DNA from: Sedimentisphaerales bacterium
GTDB lineage: Bacteria; Planctomycetota; Phycisphaerae; Sedimentisphaerales; SM23-30
Assembly (NCBI GenBank): GCA_963663805.2
Contig: CAXXMR010000019.1
Location: 96,001 to 160,000 of the forward strand
Direction: 5' to 3'
DNA: 64,000 bases
Made by a program: the position numbers and the translations under genes. Position 1 is the first letter of the stretch, and every line of letters starts with the position of its first letter. The notes beneath the pieces were generated by a model that saw only the letters and a list, made by a program, of their open reading frames with translations, was not told the DNA's origin and did no database searches. Shown here one piece after another: positions 60,937 through 64,000 of the stretch.

Positions 60937-62727
60937 ATGTCGAAGAATATTTTACCGGAGATTACTTTGCGATTTGGGTTTGGGCATTTTCAAACTGACG
61001 GCAAGCTGGAAAATACTCTGGAGGCATTGGGTGAGATTGATGCTGAGGAGGTTTGTCTGGCACCGATTTCGGCGGAGCTGGACGGGATTTCGCTGGATGC
61101 GGTGGAGCTGGAAAAGCGTTTGGTGCGGACAGAGAAGGTTGTCGGTAAGCTCAGGCGGAAGAAGATCGCGGTTGATATTTCACTGCCGGGTTTTTGGGCT
61201 GATGCATCGCTGGCCGGCGATGGGGGGTATAATCTTCGGGCTTTGGCGAAGCGAGTGTTGGGCTGGAAAGTTCGCGGGGTTTATCTGGATGATTCGGCTA
61301 GTTGGAGCGAGAGTCAGTATTTCGATAGTGACGAGGTTCGCGGGAAAGTTCTGAGTTTGGCTAAGAGTCTGGGGAAAATATTCGGTAAGAGTGGTAAAGC
61401 GGGTTTGATCGCGGCGGCGGGCGGCAGTTATGAATGGTTTGGGCTGGATGTGGCTCAATTGGCGGGTGAGTTGGCCGGCGGTGGTAAGGTGGTTGTGCTG
61501 CAAAGTCAGCAATATTCGGAGGACTATGGTCGGGCAGCGATTCTGGGGGCTTGTTACGATGCTCAGGAGACGTCGGCCCGTAAGGCGGTTTGGCCTAAGA
61601 TTGGCTGGGGTGCTTTTATTGACCAGGCCGGCGGTTCACCTTTTCATAAGAGTGCCGAGACTACGCAGATGCAGATTACACTGAGTTTGCTGTGTGGCCA
61701 GGAGCGGGTGATGATCGACGCGGCGGATTTGACCGGTACGGCGATGGGGGATGAGAATCCTTATCTGAAGATTATTCAGAAGCGGCGTAAGTTGTGGGGT
61801 AAGCTGGCGGGCTTTAAGGGGCAGGATTATCGCTTTGAAGGTGTTCGGGTTGTGGGCGGTTCGGAATCGGCGGCGGGGTGGGTTAGTTTGCTGGAGCGGC
61901 TGGGTACTACAGTTCGGGTGGTGATGCCGGAGGATGTGGGTAAGTCGGAAGGTGATGGGCCTTATGTACTCAGTGGTGATTTGCCGGCTCGTTTGAGTTT
62001 GGCGCAGCTGAAGCATGTTCTGGGTATGGGAGTGCTGATGGATGGCCGAGCGGCTGAGGTGATTGGAAGGATGGGGCATGCGGGGCTGATTGGGGTTGAG
62101 GTTGCCGGAGCTCTGGATGATGTTCAATCGGAGATATTGTCTGACCAGAGTTTCGGGACGTTTTATTATGGGCATCGCTGTGTTTTCGCGGCTCCGGAAT
62201 TCAATAAGCTGGTGTCGATTCACGAGCGGGCCAAGACTATTACGTCTTTGTTGTGTCGGGGGAAACTGCCGAATCAGTTGGGGATGATGATATATGAGTC
62301 GGAGAAGGGGCGGCAACGTTGTGCGGTTGTCCCTTATAGTTTCAGGCAGCAGGCTCCGCGGGGGTTGTTGACGCTGGAGCGGCAGCGGCATTTAATAGAT
62401 GTTTTGCAGTGGCTGGGTCGGTGTCGGCTGGGTTACGTGGTGGAAAATACACCTGATTTGGTGCCGCTGGCGGTTCGGGTTAATGGGCGTAAGCGGATAA
62501 TTTTGATGTTGGTTAACGTCGGTTTTGACTGGGCGATTGATGCTCGGATTCGATTGGGGCATCTGCCGTTTACGATTAAGAAGGTTCGTGAGTTGGGTGA
62601 GGACGGCAAGGTTGATATTCCTGATGGTCTGGGTGTTTCTATGGCAGGGGATTACTGTTACCTTGAGCTGACGCCTGATACCGCTGTACCTCCTTTGCAG
62701 ACGACGGTTCTTTTGCTTGAGGGGTAA
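60937..62727 (+). CDS. hypothetical protein
   Basis: Long ORF with codon bias matching its neighbours; no confidently recognised family. Confidence 0.75.
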   Translation: MSKNILPEITLRFGFGHFQTDGKLENTLEALGEIDAEEVCLAPISAELDGISLDAVELEKRLVRTEKVVGKLRRKKIAVDISLPGFWADASLAGDGGYNLRALAKRVLGWKVRGVYLDDSASWSESQYFDSDEVRGKVLSLAKSLGKIFGKSGKAGLIAAAGGSYEWFGLDVAQLAGELAGGGKVVVLQSQQYSEDYGRAAILGACYDAQETSARKAVWPKIGWGAFIDQAGGSPFHKSAETTQMQITLSLLCGQERVMIDAADLTGTAMGDENPYLKIIQKRRKLWGKLAGFKGQDYRFEGVRVVGGSESAAGWVSLLERLGTTVRVVMPEDVGKSEGDGPYVLSGDLPARLSLAQLKHVLGMGVLMDGRAAEVIGRMGHAGLIGVEVAGALDDVQSEILSDQSFGTFYYGHRCVFAAPEFNKLVSIHERAKTITSLLCRGKLPNQLGMMIYESEKGRQRCAVVPYSFRQQAPRGLLTLERQRHLIDVLQWLGRCRLGYVVENTPDLVPLAVRVNGRKRIILMLVNVGFDWAIDARIRLGHLPFTIKKVRELGEDGKVDIPDGLGVSMAGDYCYLELTPDTAVPPLQTTVLLLEG

Positions 62728-62823
62728 TCTTGCCGGAAATCCTTTGCCAAGCCGGACCGGAGCAGTTACAATCCCAATTCTTGCGTTGTTTTGGCGATAT
62801 TTCGCCGCATTGGAGTTGTTTAT

Positions 62824-63291
62824 ATGCAGTTGACCGACATTCTCAAGCCCGAATGCGTGGTGGTTCCCCTGAAAGCGATTGAAAAATACCAGGCAATCTC
62901 CGCGATGATCGATGTTTTAGCTGAGCAGGGCTGTATCAGTGATTATAAGGCTGTTTTTAAGGCGGTTACCGAGCGTGAATCGGTGCGGAGTACGGGGGTG
63001 GGCCAGGGCTTTGCTATCCCGCACGGCAAGACCCGGACGGTGAATAATCTGGTCATGGCGATTGGGAGGCTGGCTGAGCCTATCGATTTTGAGAGTATCG
63101 ATGGTCAGCCCGTTACGATAATTGTACTGCTGATTTCGCCAGCGGAGCAGACCGGTCCACATATTCAGGCGTTGGCTCGCATTAGCCGGATGATGACCGA
63201 TAAGCAGTTTCGGGATAGTCTCTGGAGTAGCCAGACTCCGGAAGAGTTTTATGGGCATATCGCCAGCCATGAACAAAAAGCCGTTAGCTGA
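62824..63291 (+). CDS. PTS sugar transporter subunit IIA (fructose/nitrogen-regulatory type)
   Basis: ERESVRSTGVGQGFAIPHGK, DFESIDGQPV, HIQALARISR. Confidence 0.93.
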   Translation: MQLTDILKPECVVVPLKAIEKYQAISAMIDVLAEQGCISDYKAVFKAVTERESVRSTGVGQGFAIPHGKTRTVNNLVMAIGRLAEPIDFESIDGQPVTIIVLLISPAEQTGPHIQALARISRMMTDKQFRDSLWSSQTPEEFYGHIASHEQKAVS

Positions 63292-63616
63292 GCGTTTTTT
63301 TAAATTTTCGCGGGGGTAATCAAAGATTTTGGGTCGAATAATCCGAGATTGGCAAGTTATTTGTTCATAGAAGGTTATCTATCAGAATAATCTATATAAT
63401 CTTAACAATCGCTGTAATCGTTAGATATGGCACACCCACTCTAAGCGGATGGGCGGGTGTTATTGATTAGATTATCTAGTAGAAAAAAGGCAAAAAAACT
63501 AGACTTTAGGTCGAAAAATACCGTATTATATTACAGAAGCGTTTATCTCCTTTCGCGGCGCTTCCGCCGATGGCTCGGTGCGTTCCTAGCTATCGGCGAT
63601 TTTTTTTGCATCGCCA

Positions 63617-64000
63617 TTATACCGACCAGTCGGTTTTTGATTCATGATTGATTAAACTCTGTTTGATTTTTGTTCCTCCCGTACCGGAATATCCACCAAG
63701 TTTTCCGTGGGCGGCAGTGACTCTGTGGCAGGGGATTATGAGAGGCAGCGGGTTGGCGGCCAGGGCATTTCCGACGGCACGGGCAGCGTTTGGTCGATTG
63801 ATTTTTTGGGCAAGTTGGCCGTAGGTTAGAGTTTGGCCGGGCGGGATAGAACGACAGGTATCGAGGACTTCTATCGTAAATTCGCTGAGGTTTTGAAGGT
63901 CGGGCTTGAATGTAAAATCAAAAGATTTTCCCTGGAAATAGGCCTTAATCTGGGCTTGTAGGCAAGGCAGGAAATTTTGGATATTAACTGACCCAGGATA
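63617..64000 (-). CDS. ogt: methylated-DNA--protein-cysteine methyltransferase, 5'-partial (not in the ORF track)
   Basis: Manual translation from the window end gives IPPGQTLTYGQLA..AARAVGNALAANPLPLIIPCHRV..LGGYSG..LINHE..*. Confidence 0.93.
   Translation of the reverse strand, partial: YPGSVNIQNFLPCLQAQIKAYFQGKSFDFTFKPDLQNLSEFTIEVLDTCRSIPPGQTLTYGQLAQKINRPNAARAVGNALAANPLPLIIPCHRVTAAHGKLGGYSGTGGTKIKQSLINHESKTDWSV

Overview
Bacterial chromosomal window, most likely from a Planctomycetota (Phycisphaerae/Sedimentisphaerales-like) genome; this is inferred from dockerin-like ILASEWL modules and the intergenic repeat types. The backbone is housekeeping: class II ribonucleotide reductase with NrdR boxes, xerD-mutM-nth, a QueD-like gene, psd-pssA, eno, rhaA, a MarR regulator plus a large acyl-CoA dehydratase activase fusion, maf, serS, aroF, comEC, an FAD/Fe-S oxidoreductase, amrS, a Cache histidine kinase, a TPR lipoprotein, yebC, ABC-F, GT4, a GH57-GT5 fusion, a C45 peptidase, PTS IIA and a partial ogt. 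Genes between about 3.1 and 10.2 kb carry many single-base frameshifts, probably assembly errors. The most interesting signal is non-coding. There are two accessory loci (30.1-36.3 kb after comEC, and 50.6-54.7 kb) in which unrelated cargo genes are punctuated by one 14-bp motif, TGTCCGGTACATTT, usually just after the stop codon. One cargo unit carries a diverged allelic copy of the comEC 3' end, and another carries a DGR-like variable region with no TR or RT in view. Both loci end in the same ~0.8 kb non-coding trailer, which contains a 20-21 bp period array of mini-hairpins that has diverged concertedly between the two copies. This looks like an integron-like gene-capture platform with no integrase in the window. 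No rRNA, tRNA or CRISPR array was recognised.
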